DNA of 35,600 nucleotides from Candidatus Nanoarchaeia archaeon (GCA_038851215.1 JAWCLD010000004.1:1-35600), one strand, 5' to 3'; counted from the first letter of the stretch, positions 1 through 8,583 are shown. The notes: generated by a model from the sequence alone, not told the origin. A program made the numbers and translations.

Positions 1-28
1 TCCAATTAGAATAATCTTTTTTGGCCAT
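1..28 (-). CDS. 5' end of a gene running off the window (MAKKDYSNW...)
   Basis: ATG at 28 with open frame to the edge, 2 nt after the stop of the 31..84 mini-ORF. Too short to assign a function. Confidence 0.4.
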
Positions 29-30
29 AT

Positions 31-84
31 TTATCTTTCTATTCTTTTTATCAATTCCTGTTTTAGTTCATCATCGAGTTGCAT
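31..84 (-). CDS. 17-aa bridging mini-ORF MQLDDELKQELIKRIER
   Basis: ATG 1 nt after the TAA at 86-88; its own TAA is 2 nt before the ATG at 28. Confidence 0.35.
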   Translation of the reverse strand: MQLDDELKQELIKRIER

Positions 85-85
85 T

Positions 86-230
86 TTATTTCACCTTCTT
101 CCTTCTTGGCATGTTCCAATAAGGGCTTTTGCATTTAGGACATACCTTTGGCTCTTCGGTTGTCGAATCTCGAGGAACCCATTTATGCCCGCAACGTTCG
201 CAAACATAAACTTCTATTAATTTTGCTCAT
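86..230 (-). pseudogene. small zinc-ribbon protein (about 47 aa) with out-of-frame ATG
   Basis: Frame 226..86 reads AKLIEVYVCERCGHKWVPRDSTTEEPKVCPKCKSPYWNMPRRKKVK* (two CxxC). The ATG at 230 is offset by one extra base (227); the only near-cognate in-frame start is ATA at 217. Confidence 0.6.
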
Positions 231-348
231 AAGTTGATTGTATCTTTTAGGATTTTAAGTTTTATTATCAATCCAATTAGAAAGAAGTGACAGAGAGTCT
301 AAAGGCAAACCTTAAAAGGTAGCATTGCAGCTCCAATGCTGATAAAGT

Positions 349-696
349 ATGCTATTTAAGAAAAAATCTGTTGAGAGAGCGGCGCGGCCGCAATTCATGC
401 AAGTTAATCTTGTAGATGTTGTTAAACAGGCGAGTATGCAAATGAAATATGAAGAAATCTATTGCTGGCTTGTAACACACAAGACGCCACTAGTTTGGTG
501 CCATGACAAGGGTTTCTCTATCGTTGACAATAGATTTATAGAGGAGCGTGCTTGGCTTAAGCGTGCACTATCGAGAATGGTAAAAGAAATAGAAGAGCAA
601 AAGCTACAGAAACAACAACAAGTTCAGCAACAGATGCAAAAGCTTGTCAATGATATGAAAGAGGATAAGCCTACTAATACTGGCTATATTGGCTAA
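349..696 (+). CDS. hypothetical protein with Q/K/E-rich coiled-coil C-terminus
   Basis: 115-aa ORF; TATA-like AAACCTTAAAA about 30 nt upstream. Confidence 0.7.
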   Translation: MLFKKKSVERAARPQFMQVNLVDVVKQASMQMKYEEIYCWLVTHKTPLVWCHDKGFSIVDNRFIEERAWLKRALSRMVKEIEEQKLQKQQQVQQQMQKLVNDMKEDKPTNTGYIG

Positions 697-751
697 TTAA
701 AGGTTACGTTCTCGACTCATTTAATTAATACACTATAGACATTTTATCTAG

Positions 752-906
752 TGTTTCAAATTAAGAACGCCACCCCTTCATTTCCTATGGAGTTTTGTTT
801 TTGATAAATTTTCAATATAATTGAAAATATGATTAATTTTTGAAACTGAGTTTCAGGAACATGTTTCAATTTTAGAAACATATGACCAAATACGAAACAT
901 TTATAT
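752..906. promoter_or_regulatory. cluster of GTTTC/GAAAC inverted repeats ending at a TATA box
   Basis: IRs ATTTTCAAT-ATA-ATTGAAAAT (808-828), TGAAACT-G-AGTTTCA (841-855), ATGTTTC-N7-GAAACAT (861-881); GAAACAT again at 894-900; TTTATAT at 900-906. Confidence 0.6.
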
Positions 907-978
907 TTCAGTAGCGCTTATCATATTTTTACTCCATGGCCCCCGGTTTAGGGGGTTTCTCATCTTACAATTAAGCAA

Positions 979-1506
979 ATGGAAGAAATTGAAAAGGCGC
1001 AGCTACTTGCAAACCTCTTTGACAGAAAAACAGTCGAGATTCTAAAGAAGTTATTGCTAAAAACTGGCAATTTTTACATTCGCGATTTATCAAAAGAAAC
1101 TGGTGTTCCATTAGCCACTACTTTTCGTATAATCCAAAAACTTACTACATTGAATTTGGTACAAAAGAAAGAAATGGATAAGTTTGTTTTCTATAGCGTT
1201 AACAAAGAGGCACCCATCTATAACGAAGTTCAAAATCTTGTCTTTGGCACTACTAATGATCCAATTGAATTGTTCAAGAAAGCTCTTCGTGAAAGATACG
1301 GTGGTTCTTTTACTGCTTATCAAGACAAAGACAAGAAAATCTTTGTTGTTTCTGATATTCTGAAGGAGGCAGAAGTGTCAGATATAGCAAACTTTGTTCA
1401 GCAGAAGACAGAAATTAAGCCTAATTATATTCTCATAACGAGGGACTTTTTCCAGAAGATGCAAGAGATGGGTTTAATACAGCGAGATAAGTTACAAGTA
1501 ATATAG
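979..1506 (+). CDS. winged-helix DNA-binding protein with uncharacterised C-terminal alpha/beta domain
   Basis: HTH FYIRDLSKETGVPLATTFRIIQKL followed by a beta-wing (LVQKKEMDKFVFYSVN). Confidence 0.75.
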   Translation: MEEIEKAQLLANLFDRKTVEILKKLLLKTGNFYIRDLSKETGVPLATTFRIIQKLTTLNLVQKKEMDKFVFYSVNKEAPIYNEVQNLVFGTTNDPIELFKKALRERYGGSFTAYQDKDKKIFVVSDILKEAEVSDIANFVQQKTEIKPNYILITRDFFQKMQEMGLIQRDKLQVI

Positions 1507-1546
1507 CAAACATTTATAATATGAACCGAATTCTGGATGGGACAAA

Positions 1547-1705
1547 ATGAGTATATGGGCAGTAATCTGGCAGAATGTGAAGCAATGGCTTAGTCAATGG
1601 CTATTCTATAAAGTCAATAAAATAGAAAAGCCAAAAGAAGTCTTAGTAATTGTTGCCAAATCTCAGCCAAAGAGACTAATGAATAAGTATTCTAGACGTT
1701 ACTAA
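1547..1705 (+). CDS. 52-aa small protein with Trp-rich amphipathic N-terminus
   Basis: MSIWAVIWQNVKQWLSQWLFYKVNKIEKPKEVLVIVAKSQPKRLMNKYSRRY*; TATA box TTTATAAT at 1513-1520, at leaderless spacing. Confidence 0.5.
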   Translation: MSIWAVIWQNVKQWLSQWLFYKVNKIEKPKEVLVIVAKSQPKRLMNKYSRRY

Positions 1706-1888
1706 TATTTTCTAAATTAATATTTTTAAATCGCACTCTTACGACATATCTTTTTAACTGCATAGTTGCATTTTGAAAATTGTCCCTTGAATGTGTAAAA
1801 TTTTACAGAGTCGCCGCGCAGGGACAAATATGCGTAACATATATAAAGTAGTGAATGTATAATTCAATCAACTTAGGAGGACGGCCAT

Positions 1889-2695
1889 ATGATCGTAAAT
1901 GAAGAATTTTTAAATAAACTACGACGAGCTTTTGGTCTAAATCTCTATGAAGTAAAACTTTGGGCTGCGCTTCTCTCGAGAGGAGTTTCAACCGCAGGAG
2001 AGCTATCAGATATTGCTGATGTTCCAAGAAGTAGAACTTATGATGTTCTTGAATCTCTTGAAAGAAAAGGTTTCATCATAGTAAAGCCTGAGAAACCTAT
2101 CAAATATATGGCTATTCCTCCTGCAGAAGTTCTTGATAGAGTCAGAAAAAGATTGATGGAAAATACTGAAGACAGATTAAAACGCTTGGGCGAGCTAAAA
2201 GACTCTGATGTTCTCAAGGAGTTGAGCCAATTGTATAAGCAAGGTGTTGAGCCGCTACAGCCAACTGACTTTAGTGGCGCGCTAAAAGGACGTCATAATC
2301 TTTATGACCATTTATCATTGCTAATAAAAGAGGCGCAAAATCAAATTTGTATTATGACGACGGAAGATGGCATTATTAGAAAAGTACGTGCTCTTAAGCC
2401 ACTTTTAGAAAAAGCAAAAAGCAAAGGTATTAAGATCAAAGTCGCTGCCCCTGTTACAGATAAAACAAAAGAAGCAATAGATAAGCTCAATGGCATCGCC
2501 GAAGTCAAATCTATTAAAGACATAGATGCAAGATTTGCAATTATTGACGGCAAGCATGTTTTATTTATGCTTCTCGACGATAAAGACGTACACCCAACAT
2601 ACGATTTAGGAATGTGGGTTCAAAGCCCATATTATGCTACCGCGATGCAAGAGTTGTTCGACAACGCTTGGAAGAACAAGACAAATGGCAAATAG
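1889..2695 (+). CDS. trmB: TrmB-family regulator / chromatin protein (TrmBL2-like)
   Basis: FGLNLYE...TAGELSDIADVPRSRTYDVLESLERKGF wHTH, then coiled coil and C-terminal ARFAIIDGK domain; AGGAGG SD upstream. Confidence 0.9.
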   Translation: MIVNEEFLNKLRRAFGLNLYEVKLWAALLSRGVSTAGELSDIADVPRSRTYDVLESLERKGFIIVKPEKPIKYMAIPPAEVLDRVRKRLMENTEDRLKRLGELKDSDVLKELSQLYKQGVEPLQPTDFSGALKGRHNLYDHLSLLIKEAQNQICIMTTEDGIIRKVRALKPLLEKAKSKGIKIKVAAPVTDKTKEAIDKLNGIAEVKSIKDIDARFAIIDGKHVLFMLLDDKDVHPTYDLGMWVQSPYYATAMQELFDNAWKNKTNGK

Positions 2696-2732
2696 TTAAG
2701 CTGGAAAAATTCTGGCTGTCTAAGATGTATAA

Positions 2733-3659
2733 CTAAACATCCATTTGCGGCATTCTTTGGTTGTTGCTCGCCTCAATAAATGTTGCAGCTATACCTTTGC
2801 CTATCCAGTAAGCTATTGAATTCGTGCCGCCACTCAGCAGCTCAAATAATGGTGGCCTTTTTTCCTCGAGCCTTAAAAGCCTCGATTCTGTAATGCCTGC
2901 AAGTTGCTCAGCTGTTTTTTGCGCTTCTTTCTCACCACCAAGTATGTCAACTATACCATAAGCTTGTGCCTCGGAACCAAGCCAGATGCCGCCATCTGCT
3001 AATTCACTCACAGTCTTCACAGGCAGATTTCTGTTTTCTGCAATGGCCTGCACGAAAATATCTTTTATGATTGTAATTTTTTTCATTATGTACTCGCGTT
3101 CCTGCGGCGTTAATTCTTTGTAAGGCGTGCCTGCATCTTTTAGCTCACCTGTTACGAGCCTATTATATGTAATACCATATTTCTGCATTAAATTTTCAAA
3201 ACTTACATACGAAGCTGTAACGCCAATGCTCCCTGTTATTGATACTGGGTCAGCAACAACCCTATCGGCAGAAGTTGCAATCCAGAGAGCGCCAGATGCA
3301 CCTACTTCTCTGATTAGCGCAACTGTTGGTTTTTCGGCTAATTTGATAGCGTCTGCGATTTGCTTTGAACCAACCGCTGAGCCACCAGGAGAATTAATAT
3401 CAATAATTATTGCCCTGACTGTAAGCTCTTTATCAGCTTTTTGAATCAGCTTCGTGATTGCAATAGGATCTGCTTCGCTATTAATACCAATTTCACCATG
3501 CACAGGAATTACCGCAATTACAGGTTTTAGGGAAAAATCTTGCCGCACCTTCAACATTATACTTATGCTAACAACTATAAATAATATTATAGCAAGTGCC
3601 ATCAGCACTTTTGCAATATTCGAGCTCTTAGGTGACATTTGCTTAAGATTAGAGGCCAT
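2733..3659 (-). CDS. sppA: signal peptide peptidase SppA (S49)
   Basis: N-terminal TM; INSPGGS, GASGALWIA, GSIGV, GELKDAG motifs. Confidence 0.93.
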   Translation of the reverse strand: MASNLKQMSPKSSNIAKVLMALAIILFIVVSISIMLKVRQDFSLKPVIAVIPVHGEIGINSEADPIAITKLIQKADKELTVRAIIIDINSPGGSAVGSKQIADAIKLAEKPTVALIREVGASGALWIATSADRVVADPVSITGSIGVTASYVSFENLMQKYGITYNRLVTGELKDAGTPYKELTPQEREYIMKKITIIKDIFVQAIAENRNLPVKTVSELADGGIWLGSEAQAYGIVDILGGEKEAQKTAEQLAGITESRLLRLEEKRPPLFELLSGGTNSIAYWIGKGIAATFIEASNNQRMPQMDV

Positions 3660-3760
3660 AATTTTATTCTGTAAGAAGGCAATATAAAGGTTTTTAGGGC
3701 GGATTTTCTCGAGAGCGAGGCCAGTAAAACCTTTTTAAATGAATTTTTAAGCCTCTAGTT

Positions 3761-5332
3761 ATGAGACCTTTAAAATTCTTGTCGGAGGAGACTATGCCAA
3801 AGTCTGCGATAAAAGAACTTGTGCTATCGCTTTTAAAGCTAAAAAATCCTACAAGAAAAAAGGTTGAACTAATAAAGCTTCGATGGTCTGCAAAATATCA
3901 CTCTAAGATTCCACTTAACTCCTCCTTGCTTGAATTCGTTCCCAACAAGTATAGAGAAAAACTTCGCGCAATTCTAAAAACAAAGCCAACTCGCACATTA
4001 TCTGGAGTTTCAACAATTGCAATAATGACTGCTCCTATGGGTTGTCCAGGTAACTGCATTTATTGCCCTACATCAAAAATTGCGCCGAAATCCTACACTG
4101 GATTTGAGCCAAGTGCGAGAAGGGCGGCGAGAAACAATTGGGATCCTTACAGAATTGTTAAAAACCGTTTGGAACAGTTGCAAGCTGTTGGTCATAGTAC
4201 TGCAAAGAATGAAGTTATAATTCAGGGTGGCACATTCACAGCACTACCTTGGAAATATCAATATAATTTTATCAAAAGAGCCTTTGATGCTTTTAATGGG
4301 GTTAATTCTCGAAGTCTGAAAAAAGCTCATAAGCTGAATGAGGTTTCTCAAAATCGCGTAGTTTCACTGATTATAGAGACCAGACCTGACTTTTGCAACA
4401 AAAAGGAAATTAAAAGATTACTTAGGCTCGGCGCAACTCGTGTTGAATTAGGTTTGCAATCAGTTTATGACAATATTTTGCAGAAAATAAAGAGAGGCCA
4501 TGATTTGGCAGAAGCAAAAAGAGCAATCCGAGAGTTAAAAGATGCTGGCTTTAAGGTTGATTTACATATAATGCTTGGTCTGCCAGGCTCGACAAAGAAA
4601 AAAGATATTGAGATGTTTCGTATTTTGTTCGAGGACGAAGACTTGAGGCCGGATGGGTTGAAAATCTATCCAACTGCAGTTCTACCTGGCACAGAGCTTT
4701 TCAAGCTATGGCAAAGTGGTGAATATAAGCCTATAAGTGAAAAATACATTATTGATGTATTGACAGAGGTAAAAGCAAAATATATTCCTCCTTACACAAG
4801 AATAAAGAGAATAATGCGAGATATTCCTGGAAATCTGATTTCGGCAGGCTACAAAAGATTAAATCTCCGAGAATTTGTACAAAAGAAATTGTATAAGAAG
4901 GGATTAGTTTGTAGATGTATTAGGTGCAGAGAAATTGGTCAGAAATACAAAACAACAGGAAAACTTCCAAAATTAATGCAACTTAAGACTCTCGAATATG
5001 ATGCATCAAAGGGCAAAGAATTTTTCATCTCTTTTGAAGATTCGGAACAAGATATTTTATTAGGCTTTGCAAGATTGCGCATTATTAAAAACGCCGCATT
5101 TTTGCGAGAGCTACATGTCTATGGCGAATCCGTCCCTCTCGGTAAAACAATAGGCAATGCGATCCAACATAAAGGTCTTGGGAAAAAACTTTTGATGGAA
5201 GCTGAGAGGATAGCAAAAGAGCATGGTAAAAAGAAACTTTCGGTTTTATCGGGAGTAGGGGTTAGGCCATATTATGAAAAGCTCGGTTATAAAAGGGAGG
5301 GCTACTACATGGTTAAAAGGTTAGCCTTTTAA
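3761..5332 (+). CDS. elp3: Elp3 tRNA U34 acetyltransferase (radical SAM + KAT); start may be 3794
   Basis: TRTLSGV, CPGNCIYCP, PKSYTGFEP, ETRPD, LRELHVYG, QHKGLG, SGVGVRPYY. Confidence 0.96.
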   Translation: MRPLKFLSEETMPKSAIKELVLSLLKLKNPTRKKVELIKLRWSAKYHSKIPLNSSLLEFVPNKYREKLRAILKTKPTRTLSGVSTIAIMTAPMGCPGNCIYCPTSKIAPKSYTGFEPSARRAARNNWDPYRIVKNRLEQLQAVGHSTAKNEVIIQGGTFTALPWKYQYNFIKRAFDAFNGVNSRSLKKAHKLNEVSQNRVVSLIIETRPDFCNKKEIKRLLRLGATRVELGLQSVYDNILQKIKRGHDLAEAKRAIRELKDAGFKVDLHIMLGLPGSTKKKDIEMFRILFEDEDLRPDGLKIYPTAVLPGTELFKLWQSGEYKPISEKYIIDVLTEVKAKYIPPYTRIKRIMRDIPGNLISAGYKRLNLREFVQKKLYKKGLVCRCIRCREIGQKYKTTGKLPKLMQLKTLEYDASKGKEFFISFEDSEQDILLGFARLRIIKNAAFLRELHVYGESVPLGKTIGNAIQHKGLGKKLLMEAERIAKEHGKKKLSVLSGVGVRPYYEKLGYKREGYYMVKRLAF

Positions 5333-5355
5333 AGCAATTTTTAAAATTTCTTTTT

Positions 5356-5497
5356 AGCCCCGTCGTACAGCGGTCAAGTATAGCGGGCTTTGGCGTTAGC
5401 CAAATGTAAATTGGCGTGACGAGGAAACCCGCGGACCCAGGTTCGAACATTGCCGAAGGCGTGCGAACGCCTCAATGAGGGAATCCTGGCGGGGCTA
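5356..5497 (+). tRNA. tRNA-Gln(TTG) with two introns (5394-5426 at 37/38; about 5448-5483 at 59/60)
   Basis: Acceptor AGCCCCG/CGGGGCT, anticodon stem GCGGG/CCCGC, TTG at 5390-5392, T stem CCAGG/CCTGG; strict BHB for intron 1, relaxed BHB for intron 2. Confidence 0.9.
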
Positions 5498-5507
5498 TTA
5501 ATTCAAA

Positions 5508-6254
5508 ATGGGAGAGAGGTTACAAAGAATTAAAGCTAAATGGAAAGAAAAACGAGAGGAATACAAATTAGAGCTAAAAAGGCAGTTTGTGCATGCTCTT
5601 GGAGTTATTTTTGTAATACCAATAATACTTTTTCCGGAAACTATCGCAATTAAAATATTTGGCGTATCTGCAGTTCTAGTTGCATTTGGCCATTGGTATT
5701 TTAGTGCGAGAAGGCAAAGGCACAAACACTTCAAGGAATTCATTAGAAATCTTCGATTGAAGCGTGAAAAAGAAAAAACTCTTCTGGCAGGAGAAAAAAA
5801 ACTGCAAAAATTTGAAAGCCTTTTGCTATCGGCCCTGAAGGCGCATCTCATGAGAAAAAAAGAAAGCCCTTTGCTTTCATCATTTTATTTTCTACTTTCT
5901 AGCATTTTCGCTCTTCTTTTATTTGGTGCGTCTTTTGCTATAATAGGTCTCATAACGTTAGGAATCGGCGATTCTGCTTCTACAATAGTAGGTAAGAAAT
6001 TCGGCAGGACAAGGTTGCTTTATAACAAAGACAAAAGTATTGAAGGCTCTTTTGCCTTTTTTATAGCTACCTTCATTGCGCTACTAACATTTTTTTATTT
6101 TTTCCCACAATACGCACTAATCAATAAATATCTCCTAGCAATTTTTGCAGCATTTTTTGGTGCTCTGATAGAAACAATTCCTACAGCTAACGATAATGCA
6201 ACGATTCCGGTAGGCGTTAGCGCTTGCCTTTGGCTAGTTTTGCTTCTTCTTTAG
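5508..6254 (+). CDS. polyprenol/dolichol/phytol kinase family membrane protein
   Basis: ELKRQFVH, LGIGDSASTIVGKKFG, KSIEGS, NDNATIP motifs; multiple TM segments. Confidence 0.88.
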   Translation: MGERLQRIKAKWKEKREEYKLELKRQFVHALGVIFVIPIILFPETIAIKIFGVSAVLVAFGHWYFSARRQRHKHFKEFIRNLRLKREKEKTLLAGEKKLQKFESLLLSALKAHLMRKKESPLLSSFYFLLSSIFALLLFGASFAIIGLITLGIGDSASTIVGKKFGRTRLLYNKDKSIEGSFAFFIATFIALLTFFYFFPQYALINKYLLAIFAAFFGALIETIPTANDNATIPVGVSACLWLVLLLL

Positions 6255-6753
6255 CCAGTGCTGTTTCCATCTCTAACAGCTCGCGCTGCAGTCTCTTTGC
6301 AGTAAGAGTAGGCTTTGCTTCTTCTAATATGGAACCGCAAGTCGGACAAGTAAATTCTGTCTCTAGTGCTTCTTCATATTGATACTTAGTCTCACAACTC
6401 TTACAAGCAAAAGCAAATTTCCTCTCTGCCTCAAGTTCGCGACGCTTTTTCTCTATTTGCCTTCGCTTATACTCTAAGAATAATTCTTGTATCCTATCTT
6501 TATCGAGGCTCCAATAATAAATATACCACCATTTTTTCTTCGGATCTGCCTTCTTTTCATAAATTGCTAGCCTTTTTTCATATAACTTATACAAAAGTTT
6601 CCTAGTATCATTGATTTTGAGTTTTAGTTTTTTTGCAATCTCTTCTTCAACAGCACTTTTTTTCTTTTGCAAGAGTGAAAGAACTTTCAGCGTTGCATCA
6701 TCAAGCTCTATACCTATTTCGCTAAGCATCACTTCGAGTTTCGTTGCAGCCAT
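6217..6753 (-). CDS. tfe: transcription factor E alpha
   Basis: EEEIAKKL...RKLLYKLYE, WYIYYW, zinc ribbon CKSC...FTCPTCG. Confidence 0.93.
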   Translation of the reverse strand: MAATKLEVMLSEIGIELDDATLKVLSLLQKKKSAVEEEIAKKLKLKINDTRKLLYKLYEKRLAIYEKKADPKKKWWYIYYWSLDKDRIQELFLEYKRRQIEKKRRELEAERKFAFACKSCETKYQYEEALETEFTCPTCGSILEEAKPTLTAKRLQRELLEMETALAKEEAKLAKGKR

Positions 6754-6759
6754 TTGCGA

Positions 6760-7938
6760 TTATAGCGCTTTAATTATATATGGCCCAAGTAAGTTGGCCA
6801 GTAACAGCACTAGCGATATAGCAGAAAGTATGGAAAAGAGTTTTTTAGCTTTTTCTTCACTTTTTAATCTTTTTTCGAGCACTGTTTTGGCCATTCTGCC
6901 TCCATCTATAGGGCCAAGGGGCAATAAGTTGATTAACCCTATACCTAAATTAAGCGCGAATATCCAGAACAACAGTTGTAGGATATGCCAAGGAATCCAA
7001 GGCAACACAGCACCATATTTAGCAACAATTTGGGGTTTGACTTGTAGCTCTTGCTCGAATGTTATTCCTAGATATGCTAAAGAAGCATTTTGAGGGTTAT
7101 GCGTCGTCGTAATATGGTAAGTTGTGCCATTGGCAACAATGTCAATAGTCTGACCAGGCTCAATAGTTCGCATATAAGCAATAAAATCGTCTACTTTTGA
7201 AATATTTTGACTATTAACGCTACTAATAATCATACCTGGTTGCAGGCCTGCGAGAGCTGCTGGCTGGTTATCAGCAACAGATCGCAACGAAAGGCCTGCA
7301 GGTTCTATTAGCGCATTAACTGCTGGTGCGAGTAGTAGTGATGTAATTACAACTACAATGGCAGCTGTGACAAAATTTGCCATTGTGCCTGCAGAGAAAA
7401 TCGCTAACTGCGTGCTGGCGGACTGCCTCTTTAGTTTTTTCTCATCTGGTTCAACAAAAGCTAGCGGCAAGATTGCCAAAAGGCCTACGCCTGCAGACTT
7501 GATTTTATTTTTGAAAGCTTCTGCAACTATACCATGCGAGCCTTCATGTACGAGTATTACGACAAAAAGAGCGATAATGCCATACCAAAATGGAATAAAA
7601 ATTGACGCACCAGGAATGCGTACACCTGGCAGTACGATAGAAATAGTAGCTTGTGGAGATGGTGTAGTGAGCATCTTGAGCAGCGCATATGTAAGATAGC
7701 CAAAGATTACTGCCATGCCGCCAAATCCAAGTGGTATGCCTATATAGCCAAAGGCGCGCCAAAACTTTGGCCATTTATTGGCAAGGTTTCGCATAAAATT
7801 GTTAAATCGCTCGGTTTTGTAAAGAAATAATATTTTGTTTTGCACAATTATCTTTTTTCTTTTGACATAAAGTAAAACAGCTATAACACTATAGAAAACT
7901 ATAATTGATATTAAGTTCGTATCAAATTCAAAGGGCAT
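6760..7938 (-). CDS. site-2 protease (M50) with PDZ domain
   Basis: HEGSHG, AFVEPDE, NLLPLGPIDGG; start placed at ATG 7938, 1 nt after the rpoN stop. Confidence 0.92.
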   Translation of the reverse strand: MPFEFDTNLISIIVFYSVIAVLLYVKRKKIIVQNKILFLYKTERFNNFMRNLANKWPKFWRAFGYIGIPLGFGGMAVIFGYLTYALLKMLTTPSPQATISIVLPGVRIPGASIFIPFWYGIIALFVVILVHEGSHGIVAEAFKNKIKSAGVGLLAILPLAFVEPDEKKLKRQSASTQLAIFSAGTMANFVTAAIVVVITSLLLAPAVNALIEPAGLSLRSVADNQPAALAGLQPGMIISSVNSQNISKVDDFIAYMRTIEPGQTIDIVANGTTYHITTTHNPQNASLAYLGITFEQELQVKPQIVAKYGAVLPWIPWHILQLLFWIFALNLGIGLINLLPLGPIDGGRMAKTVLEKRLKSEEKAKKLFSILSAISLVLLLANLLGPYIIKAL

Positions 7939-7939
7939 T

Positions 7940-8137
7940 TTAATCTTTTTTGTATCTTGCCACAATATCTATCAGATCTATGTGGCCAAGGAACAGTGCT
8001 CGGCAACAATACCTCTTTAGGCCAAGCTTGTCCAAAACTTCTTTAGCAGGCTCTCCTTTTTCTACTCTCTCCTTAAAAGCCTCCCATAAATGGGCAATTG
8101 GTTTACCACAACTGAAACAACGTACAGGTATTATCAT
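7940..8137 (-). CDS. rpoN: RNA polymerase subunit N (Rpo10)
   Basis: MIIPVRCFSCGK...RYCCR. Confidence 0.98.
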   Translation of the reverse strand: MIIPVRCFSCGKPIAHLWEAFKERVEKGEPAKEVLDKLGLKRYCCRALFLGHIDLIDIVARYKKD

Positions 8138-8163
8138 GTTTTCGGTTTAAACTTTTTAACCAT
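8134..8163 (-). CDS. 9-aa bridging mini-ORF MVKKFKPKT
   Basis: ATG 8 nt after the uS9 stop; TGA overlaps the rpoN ATG (ATGA). Confidence 0.3.
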   Translation of the reverse strand: MVKKFKPKT

Positions 8164-8171
8164 TTTAAAGC

Positions 8172-8582
8172 TTATCTATATGATTTTTGGCGTTTTGCTC
8201 TTGCTCTTGAATGCCTGCCAAATTTTTTTGGCTCTTTTCTTCTTGTATCTGCAACTAGCATAAACCTGTCGTAATCGAGATATGTTCGTTTTAGCTGCTC
8301 AGAACCGGTAAATGCAACAAGCGCTTTTGCAATCGCCAGACGACTAGCTTCTGCTTGTGAGCTCCAACCTCCGCCTGTTACAGTTACGTCTATGTCAACA
8401 TTCGCAGCCATTGGGCCAGCGATCATTAACGGTTCTTTCATTCGCAGGCGCGCAATTTCAGGATTGTATAAATCTAGGGGTATTGCATTTATCCTTATAA
8501 TACCTTTGCCGGCCTTTGCCGTAGCTCGAGCTATGGCTTCTTTCCTTTTTCCTGCTACATGCACCGACTTTGTTTCTACCAT
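8172..8582 (-). CDS. rps9: ribosomal protein uS9
   Basis: GKRKEAIARA, GGGWSSQAEA, RAKRQKSYR. Confidence 0.98.
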   Translation of the reverse strand: MVETKSVHVAGKRKEAIARATAKAGKGIIRINAIPLDLYNPEIARLRMKEPLMIAGPMAANVDIDVTVTGGGWSSQAEASRLAIAKALVAFTGSEQLKRTYLDYDRFMLVADTRRKEPKKFGRHSRARAKRQKSYR

Positions 8583-8583
8583 C

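Noticed and set aside
752-906. Canonical ORB replication origin
   Set aside because: Half-site spacing differs from ORB, there is no adjacent G-string on the repeats, and no cdc6/orc1 in the window; kept only as a minor alternative.
6217-6254. 38-nt convergent overlap of the kinase gene and tfe
   Set aside because: Short tail-to-tail overlaps are common in compact genomes.
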